From the NCBI GenBank assembly GCA_965242525.1, contig OZ251459.1:1248001-1312000 (forward strand): a DNA stretch of 64,000 bases, in the 5' to 3' direction. This DNA is from an uncultured Candidatus Binatia bacterium (lineage in GTDB: Bacteria; Desulfobacterota; Binatia; UBA9968; JAJDTQ01). The translations under genes and the position numbers were made by a program. Positions 27,033 through 37,271 of the stretch are shown here, piece after piece. The stretch's first letter is position 1. The number at the start of each line of letters is the position of its first letter. Below the pieces are notes generated by a model, which was given only the letters and a program-made list of their open reading frames with translations, was not told where the DNA came from and did no database searches.

Positions 27033-28166
27033 TCAGTCTGCGGGCAGGTTGTACAGCCGCGCGCTGTTGTCCCAGAAGATCTTGCGGCGGGAGGAGTCGC
27101 CGAGCTCGTCGATCCGGAGGAAACTGTCCACCGCTTCCGGCCACCGGGAGTCCGCGTGGGGATAGTCCGTGGAGATGACGATGTTGTCGTCCCCGAGCCT
27201 GCGCACCACGTCCACCACCAGGTCCTCCTCCACGTCCGCGGCGATGTAGCATTGGCGCAGGAAATACTCGCTGGGGTTCAGCGAGAGCGGGGTATCGCAA
27301 AGGTCCTTGCGCATCTCCCAGCGCTCGTCCAGGCGGTACAGCGCCCAGGGCAGCCAACTGCAATTGCCCTCCAGGAAGGCCACCCTCAAGCCCGGGAACC
27401 GCTCCAGCACCCCTCCGGCGCAGAAACTCCCCACCGCGAGCATGAGCTCCACCGGGTTGCGGTAGGCGTTGAGCAGCACGCCTTCGTTGGGGCGGCCCCT
27501 GAACCGTTGCGCCACCTGGTCCATGCGGGGGTTGGCCGCGGGATGGAAGCAGACGGGCACGTCCAGACGCTCGGCCTCGCGCCACAGGGGGTCGAAACAG
27601 GGTTCGTGGATGTGGCGGCCGTTGGCCGGCTCGGGCACCAGGCACAGTCCGACGGCGCCGAGCCCGGTGACCGCGCGGCGGGCCTCGTCCACGGCCAGGT
27701 CCACGTCGTGGAGCGTGATGAGCGCCGAAGGCTTCAGCCGCTCGGGGCTCTCCTTGCAGAAGTCCGCCACCCAGTCGTTCCAGGCGCGGCAGAGGGCGTT
27801 GGCGTACTCCGGCTCCAGCCGGTCGTCGCAGTGCAGCGGAAAGGTGCGGAACAACACCGCCACGTCCAGGCCTTCGGCGTCCATGGCCTCCACCTGGGAC
27901 ACCGCGTCGTAGTCTCGCGCCAGGGGCCGGGCGTAACGATGGGCCACCTTGTCTTCGCCCGGGGTCACGTTGGGGCGGGTCGATAGCCCCGATTCCCGCA
28001 CCGGGGCGCCATCGCCGAACCGGAACTTGACCTGTCCGTGGCGCGTCCTCGGCTCCCCTCTGGGGATGCGGTCGCCCCACTTGGGGTCCATGCGCATCAG
28101 GTAGAGGTCATGGGGCTCGAACACGTGCATGTCGCTGTCGAAGATCCTGAAGCCGTTCCGCGCCAT
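27033..28166 (-). CDS. Amidohydrolase_2 family protein
   Basis: DSDMHV, CRAWNDW, VCFHP, AFLEGN, STDYPHAD. Confidence 0.92.
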   Translation of the reverse strand: MARNGFRIFDSDMHVFEPHDLYLMRMDPKWGDRIPRGEPRTRHGQVKFRFGDGAPVRESGLSTRPNVTPGEDKVAHRYARPLARDYDAVSQVEAMDAEGLDVAVLFRTFPLHCDDRLEPEYANALCRAWNDWVADFCKESPERLKPSALITLHDVDLAVDEARRAVTGLGAVGLCLVPEPANGRHIHEPCFDPLWREAERLDVPVCFHPAANPRMDQVAQRFRGRPNEGVLLNAYRNPVELMLAVGSFCAGGVLERFPGLRVAFLEGNCSWLPWALYRLDERWEMRKDLCDTPLSLNPSEYFLRQCYIAADVEEDLVVDVVRRLGDDNIVISTDYPHADSRWPEAVDSFLRIDELGDSSRRKIFWDNSARLYNLPAD

Positions 28167-28249
28167 GTGTCGGACTCCTCTCTCGTTGGTTGCAACCGGT
28201 TCCTGACGGCAGGTTCGCGGGCCGCCGCAAGGTCAGACCGCTCCTCCTG

Positions 28250-29431
28250 TCAGACCGCCCCGCCTTCTTCGAGCGCCTGGACCTGCTGCCGGCTGAAGCC
28301 CAGCTCCCGGAGGATCTCCGCGGTGTGTTCTCCCAACTCCGGGGGAAGCGCCGACACCCGGAACGGGGTGTCGCTCAGGTTGACGCCGCTCCTGACCGTG
28401 TGGACCGGGCCGTGCCGCGGATGCTCCAGCTCCATGACCGGGTCCAGGTGTTTCACCTGGGGGTCGTCGAACACCTCGTCCAGGCGGTTGATGGGCGCGG
28501 CGGCCACGTCGTGGCGGCCCAGCGTCTCCAGCCAGTGCTCCCTGGGCCGGGTCCGGACGATCTCCTGCAGCGCGGCCTTGAGCGCGTCGTAATGCTCCAG
28601 GCGGTCCTCGCGGCCGCGGAACCGTGGGTCTTCCGCCATCTCCGGGCGCTCGACGGCCTCGGTCAGGCTCACGAAGAACTTGTCCAGGTGGGAGAGGTGG
28701 ATGACGAACGGGAGTCCGTCCCCCGCCAGGAGCGCGAAGACCCCGGCCTGGCGCGGCCGGCTCTCCACGTCCGGCACGACCCCGGTGGCGCGGTACTGGA
28801 CGATGCTCCGACCGATGAACGCCATGGACGCCTCCAACAGGGACGTCTCCACCTTCTGGCCCTTGCCGGTCCGTTCCCGGGCCATCAACGCCGTCAGCAC
28901 GCCGTAGCAGGCGAACATGCCCCCCAGGTGGTCCGAGAAGGCCAGTCCCGGCCCCGCGGGCGCCCTGGGGTCGATGAGCTGGCTCCACAGGCCGCTCAGG
29001 CACTGTCCGATGGTGTCGAAGCCCGGCTTCTCGCGGTACGGCCCGGTCTGCCCGAAGGCCGATATGGCGCAATACACCAGCCGCGGGTTCCTCTCCGCGA
29101 GCCGCTCGTAACCGATGCCCAGCCGCTCCATCACCCCGGGACGGAAGTTCTCCAGCACCACGTCGGCGTCCCCGGCCATGCGGAGGAACACCTCCCTGCC
29201 CCCGGGCTCGCGCAGGTTCAGGGTCATGCTGCGCTTGTTGCGGTTGTAGCTGCGGAACAGCGGGCTGTACATGCGCGGCTCCCTGCCCCATTTGCGGAAG
29301 GGGTCGCCGCCGCGGGGGTTCTCGACCTTGACCACCCCCGCTCCCATGTCGCCCAACAGCATGGCCGCGAACGGCCCCGCGATGTAGCTGCTGAGGTCGA
29401 GCACCCTGATGCCGTCCAGCGCCTGCGCCAT
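28250..29431 (-). CDS. CaiB/BaiF family III CoA-transferase
   Basis: LDGIRVLDLS, IAGP, NRNKRS, ENFRPG, GFDTIGQ, PELGEHT. Confidence 0.93.
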   Translation of the reverse strand: MAQALDGIRVLDLSSYIAGPFAAMLLGDMGAGVVKVENPRGGDPFRKWGREPRMYSPLFRSYNRNKRSMTLNLREPGGREVFLRMAGDADVVLENFRPGVMERLGIGYERLAERNPRLVYCAISAFGQTGPYREKPGFDTIGQCLSGLWSQLIDPRAPAGPGLAFSDHLGGMFACYGVLTALMARERTGKGQKVETSLLEASMAFIGRSIVQYRATGVVPDVESRPRQAGVFALLAGDGLPFVIHLSHLDKFFVSLTEAVERPEMAEDPRFRGREDRLEHYDALKAALQEIVRTRPREHWLETLGRHDVAAAPINRLDEVFDDPQVKHLDPVMELEHPRHGPVHTVRSGVNLSDTPFRVSALPPELGEHTAEILRELGFSRQQVQALEEGGAV

Positions 29432-29491
29432 GCGTTCCGTCCTCCCCGGGGATTGCGCCCGTTCCCCCTGTCCCGATCGTCCGGAGTTTCC

Positions 29492-29582
29492 TTTATAGGG
29501 GTCCCCCGGCAGGCGAGTCAAAGCGCCCGCAACCCGGACCGCCGCGGCCCGGTTTGACACCCGACCCCGGCAACGGTATTCG
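29492..29582. promoter_or_regulatory. Putative divergent sigma70 promoters
   Basis: Minus strand TTGACT-N18-TATAAA (29521 to 29492) toward the CoA-transferase; plus strand TTGACA-N17-TATTCG (29554-29582) toward the amidohydrolase. Confidence 0.45.
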
Positions 29583-29589
29583 ACTTGGG

Positions 29590-29720
29590 GGAAACGCTGG
29601 ACAATCGAGCCGCGGACGGAGGGTATTCCCTCACGTGACCTTCCTGTCCCCGTTCGTCCTGAGCGTAGCGGAGCGAAGTCGAAGGGCGCTGCTCTTCCTC
29701 CGGGATCGTTCGGAGTTCCC
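29590..29720 (+). mobile_element. Degenerate full-length MITE-A (131 bp)
   Basis: GGAAACGCTGGACAATCGAG ... repeat A (29649-29686) ... ATCGTTCGGAGTTCCC; same layout as 22686-22818. Confidence 0.65.
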
Positions 29721-29753
29721 TTGGACAGCCAACCGCGACGGGGAGGGATTCCC

Positions 29754-30890
29754 ATGAAGAACGGACTCAGGATCATCGACTCCGACATGCACATCATGGA
29801 GCCGCCGGACCTTTGGGACGTCTACGTGGAGGCGCCCTACAAGCAGCACGCCCCGAGGGTCGTCAACGTGCCGAGCCGGGGCGACTTCAACCTGCTGCTG
29901 CTGGACGGCAAGGAGCCCCGGGCCAAGAGCCCTGCCCTAGCCGCGGACGCGCGCATGATCGGCAAGCGGCGCCAGTCCACGCGACAGGACGAAATCGCCT
30001 TCGCCCGCGCCCGGGGCTTCGACTCCAGGTCCCAGATCGAAGCCATGGAGATCGAGGGGCTGGACGTGGCGGTGCTGTTCCCCACCGCGTGCCTGCACGT
30101 CATGACCGTGCCGGACATGGACCCGCTGCTGGCCGAGGCCATCTGCCGGGCCTACAACAACTGGCTCTACGACTTCTGCCAGGAAGACCCGGCGCGCCTC
30201 AAGGGGGCCGCGCTGCTGCCGCCCCACGACGTCTCGCTGGCGGTGCGCGAGGCCCGGCGCGCGGTGAAGGAGCTGGGCTTCGTCACCGCGTTCCTGCGGG
30301 CCACTCCCCTGCCCGGCCACACCTGGTTCAGCCTCTACTGGGAGCCCCTGTGGGCCGAGCTCGAAGAGCTGGGCATCCCCGTGGGCTTCCACGAATGCAC
30401 CAACTCGGGCGACTACCCCCACATCGAGCGCTTCGGCCAGAACAACCGCCTCATGCGCCACATATGCAGCCACGTCACCGGACAGATGGTGACCATGGTC
30501 GATATCATCGTCGGCGGCGTGCTCGAGCGCTTTCCCCGGCTCAAGGCGGCGTTCCTGGAATGCAACTGCGGCTGGGCGCCGTCGTGGCTGAGCCGCATGG
30601 ACACCCACTGGAGCCAGTTGGGCGCCGCGGACGCGCCCATGCTCACCCAAAAGCCCAGCGAGTACTTCCGGCGCCAGTGCGTCATCGGGTGCGAGGGCGA
30701 AGAGCGGGAGGTGGGCGCCGTCATCCAGCTCATGGGCGACGACAACATCGTCTTCTCCACCGACTACCCCCACAGCGATTCCGAGTTTCCCCACGCGGTG
30801 GACGCCTTCCTGCAGCAGGAACTCCCGGTGGAGAACGCCCGCAAGATACTGTGGGACAACTGCGCCAGGTTCTACGGCATCGAAACGTGA
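29754..30890 (+). CDS. Amidohydrolase_2 family protein
   Basis: DSDMHI, CRAYNNW, VGFHE, AFLECN, STDYPHSD. Confidence 0.92.
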   Translation: MKNGLRIIDSDMHIMEPPDLWDVYVEAPYKQHAPRVVNVPSRGDFNLLLLDGKEPRAKSPALAADARMIGKRRQSTRQDEIAFARARGFDSRSQIEAMEIEGLDVAVLFPTACLHVMTVPDMDPLLAEAICRAYNNWLYDFCQEDPARLKGAALLPPHDVSLAVREARRAVKELGFVTAFLRATPLPGHTWFSLYWEPLWAELEELGIPVGFHECTNSGDYPHIERFGQNNRLMRHICSHVTGQMVTMVDIIVGGVLERFPRLKAAFLECNCGWAPSWLSRMDTHWSQLGAADAPMLTQKPSEYFRRQCVIGCEGEEREVGAVIQLMGDDNIVFSTDYPHSDSEFPHAVDAFLQQELPVENARKILWDNCARFYGIET

Positions 30891-30906
30891 GGACCGGAGC
30901 CGCCCC

Positions 30907-32013
30907 TCAGAGGTCGTACAAGCGCGCGCAGTTGTCCCACAGTATCTTCTTCTTGGTCTCCCGGGAGACGCCTTCGACTTCCAGGAACTCTTCCACCGCC
31001 TGGGGGAAGTCCGAGTCGCCGTGGGGGTAGTCGGTGGAGAAGACGATGTTGTCGTCGCCGATGAGCTCGGCCACCATGGCCAACTCCTTCTCGGACTCGG
31101 TGGAGATCCAGCACTGCCGCTGGAAGAACTCGCTCGGCTTCAGCTCCGAGACCTTCGCGTGCCGGGCCTTCTCCACCGCGCCGTCCATGCGGTGCAGCAG
31201 GAACGAGACCCAGCCGCAGTAGCATTCGAGGAACGCCACCTTGAGCCGGGGGTGGCGCTCCAGCACCCCGCCGCCGATGACGTCGATCATGGCCATCATG
31301 TTGGACAGGGGATGCTCGCAGATGTGGCGCAGCAGCAGGTCGTCGCCGAACAGGTCGCCCATCTGCCTCACCTCGCCAGCGGAAGCCGCGGAATGGAAGC
31401 CCATGGGGACGCCCAACTCCTCCAGGGTGGACCACAGGGTGTCGTAGTAGCGCGAATGCCAGGGCATGGAGCGCAGCGGCTCGGGACGGGCGAACACGGC
31501 CACGAAGCCCAGGTCCTCCACTGCGCGCCGGGCCTCCCGGGCCGCCTCGGTGACGTCATGGAGCGAGATCATGGCGGCGCCCTTCATGCGCCCGGGGTCG
31601 GTCCGGCAGAAGTCGTGGAGCCAGTTGTTGTAGGCCCGGGCCACCGCGGCCCCGAGGGCAGGATCCAGGTCGTCGCGCATCAGGACGCCCAGGCCGATGG
31701 ACGGGTACATGACGGCCAAGTCCAACCCTTCCTTCTCCATGGCGTCGAGCTGCGAGACGCCGTCGAAGCCACGGGCGCGGGCTCCGGCGATCTCCGCGTC
31801 GATGCGCGCGGCGTCGAATATGCCGCCGCGGTAGGACGGCGGGTAGCCCTTGAGGATCTTCCCGTCCAGCATGACCATGGCCGAGCTGCGGGTGGCCGCG
31901 CTCAGTATCCTGGGCGCCCGGCCGCGCCACTCGGGCTCCATGTACTTCTCCCACAGGTCCGCGGGCTCGCGCACGTGCATGTCCGAGTCCATGATCCTCA
32001 GTCCGTCCTTCAT
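30907..32013 (-). CDS. Amidohydrolase_2 family protein
   Basis: DSDMHV, ARAYNNW, MGFHS, AFLECY, STDYPHGD. Confidence 0.92.
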   Translation of the reverse strand: MKDGLRIMDSDMHVREPADLWEKYMEPEWRGRAPRILSAATRSSAMVMLDGKILKGYPPSYRGGIFDAARIDAEIAGARARGFDGVSQLDAMEKEGLDLAVMYPSIGLGVLMRDDLDPALGAAVARAYNNWLHDFCRTDPGRMKGAAMISLHDVTEAAREARRAVEDLGFVAVFARPEPLRSMPWHSRYYDTLWSTLEELGVPMGFHSAASAGEVRQMGDLFGDDLLLRHICEHPLSNMMAMIDVIGGGVLERHPRLKVAFLECYCGWVSFLLHRMDGAVEKARHAKVSELKPSEFFQRQCWISTESEKELAMVAELIGDDNIVFSTDYPHGDSDFPQAVEEFLEVEGVSRETKKKILWDNCARLYDL

Positions 32014-32080
32014 GAGTTTTCCTCTCTCTGCCCTTTCTCGTCAGGATCCCGGTCCCGCGGCCATGACCCGGGCGGCCGCG

Positions 32081-33031
32081 TCACCGTCCCGTCTCCAGCG
32101 CCTCCAGGTCGGCGGCGTAGTCGCGCAGCGCCGAGCCCAGTGTGAACCGGGGCTCCCAGCCCAGGTACCGCCTGGCCCGGGTGATGTCGAGGGGTTGCTT
32201 CGCCCCTTCGCGCGGAGACCCGTCCGGCGCCACCTCGACCTCCAGCCCCGGGTAGATGGCCCTTGCCTCGGCCAGCAACTCGTCGAAGGTGGTCACCACA
32301 CCGACGCCCACGTTGAACACGTTCACCGGGGGCACGGGCGCGGTGGCCGCCAGGTCCACCGCCCGACCCGCGTCCTTGGCGTAGATGCGCTCCAGCGGCC
32401 TCGTCTGGCGCCGGGCGATGCGGGCCACTTTTCCCTGCCGGCCGCAGGTGAGCAACTCATGGGTGACGGCGCCGCTCTCGGCCCCTCCCTGGAAATGGCC
32501 CAGGCCGAACACGTGGGCCAGCCGCACCACCATGAGCTCGAAGCCGTGGATCCCCTGGTAGGCCTCCAGCACCAGTTCCTGGACCGCCTTGGAGTTGCCG
32601 TAGGCGGTGCTGTCGCCCCGCTGGAGGGTCTCGGCCACCGGCCCCGGCCCTTCCCGCGCACGGTCATAGACGCTCAGGGTGCTCACGTGCACCACCCGCC
32701 GGACCCCGGTCAACCGCGCGGCCTCGGCCACGTTGACGGTCCCCTGGACGTTGACGTGGAAGGCCCAGTAGCCCTCCCGGGCCACGCGCCCGGCAATGAT
32801 GGCCGCGGTGTGGAGCACCGTATCCACGCCGTAGGCCCGGATGGCGCCGACGAGCGCCGGCAGGTCCAGCACGTCTCCCCGGAGCGACACGTGGCCCGCG
32901 GACCCGAGCTTGCGCTCCAGGAAGTCGTCCCTGGGGGCGTAGTCGAAGAACACCAGGCGCTCGCCCCGCGCCGCGGCGAAGGCCCCGAACGAAGCGCCGA
33001 TGAGTCCGCTGCCGGTGATGAGGGTCGTCAT
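32081..33031 (-). CDS. NAD-dependent epimerase/dehydratase (extended SDR)
   Basis: ITGSGLIG, HTAA, VNVQGTVNV, YGNSK. Confidence 0.88.
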   Translation of the reverse strand: MTTLITGSGLIGASFGAFAAARGERLVFFDYAPRDDFLERKLGSAGHVSLRGDVLDLPALVGAIRAYGVDTVLHTAAIIAGRVAREGYWAFHVNVQGTVNVAEAARLTGVRRVVHVSTLSVYDRAREGPGPVAETLQRGDSTAYGNSKAVQELVLEAYQGIHGFELMVVRLAHVFGLGHFQGGAESGAVTHELLTCGRQGKVARIARRQTRPLERIYAKDAGRAVDLAATAPVPPVNVFNVGVGVVTTFDELLAEARAIYPGLEVEVAPDGSPREGAKQPLDITRARRYLGWEPRFTLGSALRDYAADLEALETGR

Positions 33032-33186
33032 GGCGGCAATCTAGCACGGACGCCGCGGGGTTGGGAACATGCGGAGGCCGCCCGGAATCACCGACGAGGC
33101 GCAAGCAGTTTGTTCATGGAGGTTGCCATGCTACGTTTGGCCACATGCACGGAGCGGTTTCCGGAAGAACGAGCCGCCCGGGCGTT

Positions 33187-35352
33187 ATGGGGTCCGCTCC
33201 CCCCGGACCCGGGACCGGGCGCAGGCCTGAACGCCTCACCCTGTCGTTGCTGCTTCTCGCACTGTCCATGTTGTTCCTGTGCGGCATGGACAAGGGATAT
33301 TTCTACCATCTCCGCGAGCATAACTCGAATACGGGGGGGAACCTTGCCATAGCCGAGAACCTGTCGCCGGACCACCATTTCCGGTTGTTCCGGGCGCGGC
33401 ACCAGGGATCGGGCGACGCTCCGGTCTACCAGATGTACAGCCGCTTTCCCGTCGGCGGTTACGCGCTCATCAAGCTCGCTATCCTCCCCTTCGGAAACGA
33501 CCTGTCCGCCAGGATGCTCGCCGCCCGCATGCTCATGTTGCTGTTGTTCAGCGGCGCTGCGGTCCTGGCCTTCCACTCCCTCGCACGGATCACCTCCCAC
33601 CGATGGGTGGCGCTGGCCGCCACCCTCACGGCCTTCTCCTCCTGTTACATGCTGTTCTACAGCGACGGGGTTTCCGTGGAGTACAGCGTGGACCTGTTCG
33701 CGGTCCTGCTGGTGTTCCACGGCATGGTGGTGTTCGTGCAGGAGGGACGGTTCCGGCAGTTGCTGGCCAGGACCTGCGTTGCGCTGCTGCTGGGGTGGCA
33801 TGCGTATGCCTTCCTGCTGCCGTTCTTCATCCTGGGCCTGGGGAGCGAGGCGGTCCGGGCGTGGAAGGACGGGACCGTGCCGTGGCCGCGTGTGCGCTCG
33901 GTGGGGGCGGCGGTGCTGCGCAGTCGCTACGCGGCCCTTGGCTTGGCCGCGCTGCTGTTCGGCATGGCCGTCCTGGGCTTCAACTTCGCCAACGAGTATG
34001 CCGCGTTCGGAGGCGAGATCGCGGTGGCCGAACTGCCGTCAGTCCAGGCCATGCTCAGGCGGACCGGACTGAACCGGGCCTTCGAAGCCCATGAGTGGTG
34101 GCTGCGCTTCCTGCGACAGCAGTTCTTCCGTGTCTGCCTGGCGTCCGTTCCATTGGCGCTGACCGACTGGGGAGCCGGTTTGCTGGAGCCGTTTCTCTCG
34201 GTCCACCTTTCGGCGTCAGGCATTTCGGGGCCGAAATCGTCGGTTTACCTCCTGTTCCTCCTGTTGTTGCTGATGGCGGTGCTCGCCTCCACGGTCGTGG
34301 TTCGGCTTGCGAGGTCGCTGTTGTCGGGGCGGTCCCGTATGCTGCTGGCCACCCTTGCCCTGTCGGGGTTCTTCTGGACCCTTCCCATGCGCCATAACGC
34401 ATACCACGCCCACGAGGCCCTGTACTACGTGGGCGTCCCGCTGGTGTTCTACTCAATGCTCCTGCTGTACGTGCACAAGCGATGGGGTCGTGGACCCGTA
34501 GTCGGCCTTGCCGTTGCGGCGGTGCTCGCCTTCGCGGTCTCCGCCTTCCAGATGGATCAACGATGGCGCCCTCGCCCCCGAGCGGTCGAATTCCTGCAGG
34601 CCGCCATGTCCGAACTCGGGGCCATTCGCGAAACCACCCGGGGAAAGGTGGTCCTGCTCCTTGGCTCCGTCAAGCCGGAATGGTCCTGGCAGCTCACACA
34701 CGAGAGACACGAATGGAAATACCTTCTCGCCGGAAGCGTCTTGGCCTACCCCTTCCACACGGAAGTCCCCATGAGATACTATCCCCCCGGATATCTCCCC
34801 AGAAGCCTGTTGACGCACTTCCCGGACATGGAAGACGCCGCCCGCGCCGCGGACTTCCTCCTCACCTTCGACCGCGTCGAGAGCGACGCCCTGCTCACGC
34901 CCGGGAACGAACGGGTGTTCCTGTATGATTCGGCCGGTATGGACGATTTGACAGGGTTCTACCGGGCCGCGTACCAACGGGTGGTGTCGGGAGACCCTGC
35001 GGCCCGCTCCGACTTCGACGTTTATCTCGATGACGGCGCGCTGTTCCACGTCAAGGCTCCCTGCGTCCAGGAGGATGCGGGATATGTGACCTCCGTGCAT
35101 GTGGTCCCGGAAGACCGGAAGGACCTGCCCGGATGGCGCAGGCGGTACGGCTTCGAGAAACTTCTCACCCTCTTCCAACACAGTAGCGTGCTGTTCGAGG
35201 GGAAGTGCATGGTTGTTCTCTCGCTTCCCGATTATCCCATCTCCGGCATCAGGACGGGACAGGAGCCATCCCGAAACCCCGGCTGGAAAGGACACCGAGG
35301 CTGGAAAGTCGAGATCGGCAGTCTCCGCCGGCCGGGGGCGCCGCCTCCCTGA
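33187..35352 (+). CDS. Polytopic membrane protein, GT-C (PMT/ArnT)-like, with extracytoplasmic C-terminal domain; paralogue 1
   Basis: Many TM segments, YSRFPVGGY loop motif; strongly similar to 42645..44687; start uncertain. Confidence 0.65.
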   Translation: MGSAPPGPGTGRRPERLTLSLLLLALSMLFLCGMDKGYFYHLREHNSNTGGNLAIAENLSPDHHFRLFRARHQGSGDAPVYQMYSRFPVGGYALIKLAILPFGNDLSARMLAARMLMLLLFSGAAVLAFHSLARITSHRWVALAATLTAFSSCYMLFYSDGVSVEYSVDLFAVLLVFHGMVVFVQEGRFRQLLARTCVALLLGWHAYAFLLPFFILGLGSEAVRAWKDGTVPWPRVRSVGAAVLRSRYAALGLAALLFGMAVLGFNFANEYAAFGGEIAVAELPSVQAMLRRTGLNRAFEAHEWWLRFLRQQFFRVCLASVPLALTDWGAGLLEPFLSVHLSASGISGPKSSVYLLFLLLLLMAVLASTVVVRLARSLLSGRSRMLLATLALSGFFWTLPMRHNAYHAHEALYYVGVPLVFYSMLLLYVHKRWGRGPVVGLAVAAVLAFAVSAFQMDQRWRPRPRAVEFLQAAMSELGAIRETTRGKVVLLLGSVKPEWSWQLTHERHEWKYLLAGSVLAYPFHTEVPMRYYPPGYLPRSLLTHFPDMEDAARAADFLLTFDRVESDALLTPGNERVFLYDSAGMDDLTGFYRAAYQRVVSGDPAARSDFDVYLDDGALFHVKAPCVQEDAGYVTSVHVVPEDRKDLPGWRRRYGFEKLLTLFQHSSVLFEGKCMVVLSLPDYPISGIRTGQEPSRNPGWKGHRGWKVEIGSLRRPGAPPP

Positions 35353-35422
35353 CGGATTGGATTGCTTCCCTCCCGCGGGGGCCGGCGTGCGGGAGTCGGA
35401 ACAGGGGCGGCGCAAGCCCGGT

Positions 35423-36538
35423 TCAACCGACGCCGTAGAGCCTCGCGCAGTTGTCCCACAGGATCTTCCTGAGGGAGCCCTCGGCCAGCCCCGGAGTCGC
35501 CATGAACTCCTCCACCGCATGGGGGTAGTGGGCGTCGATGTGCGGATAGTCGGTGGAGATGACGATGTTGTCGTCTCCCAGCCGCGAGATGACGTCGGTG
35601 ACCAAGTACTCGTCCACGTCCACGGATATGTAGCACTGGTCCAGGAAGTACTGGCTGGGTTTCCGGGACAGGGGTACGTCCGTGAGGGCGCCGTGGAGCT
35701 CCGCCCTTTCGTCCAGGCGGTACAGCAGCCAGGGGAGCCATGCGCAGTTCCCCTCGAGGAAGGCCACTTTCAGGGTGGGGAACTTCTCCAGCACGCCGCC
35801 CCCGCAGAACGCGGACACCGCCAGTTGCAACTCGATGGGGTTGCGCAGCGCCATGGCGATGACGCCGGAGTTGGGATGGCCGTGGAACTCCCGCGCCACC
35901 TGCCGCTGCCTGGGGTTTGCCGGGGGGTGGAAGCACAACGGCACCTTCAGCCGGTCGATCTCCGCCCATAGAGGGTCGAAGCAGCGGTCGTGGACGCGCT
36001 GTCCGTTGACCGGTTCCGGGCATACGGAGAGGCCCACCACCCCCAACTCCGTCACCGCCCGCCGGGCCTCGTCCACGGCCAAGTCCACGTCGTGCAGCGT
36101 CAGCAACCCCGACGCCTTCATGCGCTCGGGCCGCTCCTTGCAGAAGTCCGCGATCCAGTCGTTCCACGCCCGGCACAGGTCGTTGGCGTACTCGGGCTCG
36201 AAGCCGTCGTCGCAATGGAGCGGGGAGGTGCGGAACATGACGGCCACGTCCAGCCCCTCGTCGTCCATGGCCACCACCTGCGACGGCGCGTCGTAGCCGT
36301 GCTCCAGGGCATAGGCATAGCGGTCCGCCACCTGGTCCTCGCCGTGCTCCAGCAGCTTCTCCCGCGGCCGCAGCACTTGGCCGTTGCCCAGGTTGAACTC
36401 GATGCGCCCATGCTTGGTGCGAGCCCTGCCCACGGGGATGCGCTCCCCCCACCTGGGGTTCATGTATTTCTGGTAGAGGTCCTGGGCGTCATACACGTGC
36501 ATGTCGCTGTCGAACACCCGATACCCGTTCCTGGCCAT
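35423..36538 (-). CDS. Amidohydrolase_2 family protein (closest to 27033..28166)
   Basis: MARNGYRVFDSDMH, LCFHP, AFLEGN, STDYPHID. Confidence 0.92.
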   Translation of the reverse strand: MARNGYRVFDSDMHVYDAQDLYQKYMNPRWGERIPVGRARTKHGRIEFNLGNGQVLRPREKLLEHGEDQVADRYAYALEHGYDAPSQVVAMDDEGLDVAVMFRTSPLHCDDGFEPEYANDLCRAWNDWIADFCKERPERMKASGLLTLHDVDLAVDEARRAVTELGVVGLSVCPEPVNGQRVHDRCFDPLWAEIDRLKVPLCFHPPANPRQRQVAREFHGHPNSGVIAMALRNPIELQLAVSAFCGGGVLEKFPTLKVAFLEGNCAWLPWLLYRLDERAELHGALTDVPLSRKPSQYFLDQCYISVDVDEYLVTDVISRLGDDNIVISTDYPHIDAHYPHAVEEFMATPGLAEGSLRKILWDNCARLYGVG

Positions 36539-36572
36539 GCTGCCCTCCCCTTTCCGACGGCGCTCGCGGCCC

Positions 36573-37271
36573 TCAACCGGCCTGCGCCAGACCTGCAAGT
36601 TTCTCGAGTCGCCGGAGCCACTCCCTGAAGTGCGGACACCTGGACCGGATACGCTCCAGGCCGATGGCCTCCGCCATCTGCGAGCCGACCGTCACCTTTG
36701 CGTATTTGTATTCGGGAAGTTGCTCGATGATCCTCTTCGACGGAGCCGTATGTGGCCCGTCATTGATCTCTTCCGGAGACTGTACGCCATCGACTATCTT
36801 CTGCAAGGCAGTAATTCCGGAGTTTGCGTTGTCGAAAAACAAAGCGAACTGGGATACGTCCGTCAACAGGTATGCCTCGAATTCATGTAGCTGAATGAAC
36901 GGGATGAAGCGTCGATCCCCTGTCTTGTCGAACCACGATTTCTCCAGTGCATCCGCCCGTTTGTACGGATCGTTTCGCAATTTTTCAGCCTCTTCGTATC
37001 CCGGAAACTTCCTGGGCAGGGCATAAAGATCGATCATCGTGGTGAAAAACACATCTGTCCCCTTCTCCTATTCGAGAAGGCGGTTGATGTCGTTCTGCAT
37101 CGCCACGGGGTTTCTTCCGCCCCCTCGGTGAATTCTTCCTTTCTTCCGGGTATGTGCAATCAATGTCGGCTTCTGCATGTAGACGCCCAAATGAGCCAAG
37201 TGTCGCTTCAGGACGACATCGGCGAAAGTCCGTTCTGTCAGACCTTCGACGAAGAGATACAGACGAGCCAT
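36573..37271 (-). pseudogene. DUF4276-like (TOPRIM-type) protein interrupted by one in-frame TAG
   Basis: MARLYLFVEGLTE...RLLE-TAG(37068-37070)-EKGTDVFFTTMIDLY...FIQLHEFEAYL...CPHF, all in one frame. Confidence 0.8.

Noticed and set aside
37068-37070. Pyrrolysine or genome-wide TAG recoding
   Set aside because: TAG terminates many ordinary genes here (phosphatase, OCDs, SDR, recR, dnaX) and no pyl genes are visible; a nonsense mutation is simpler
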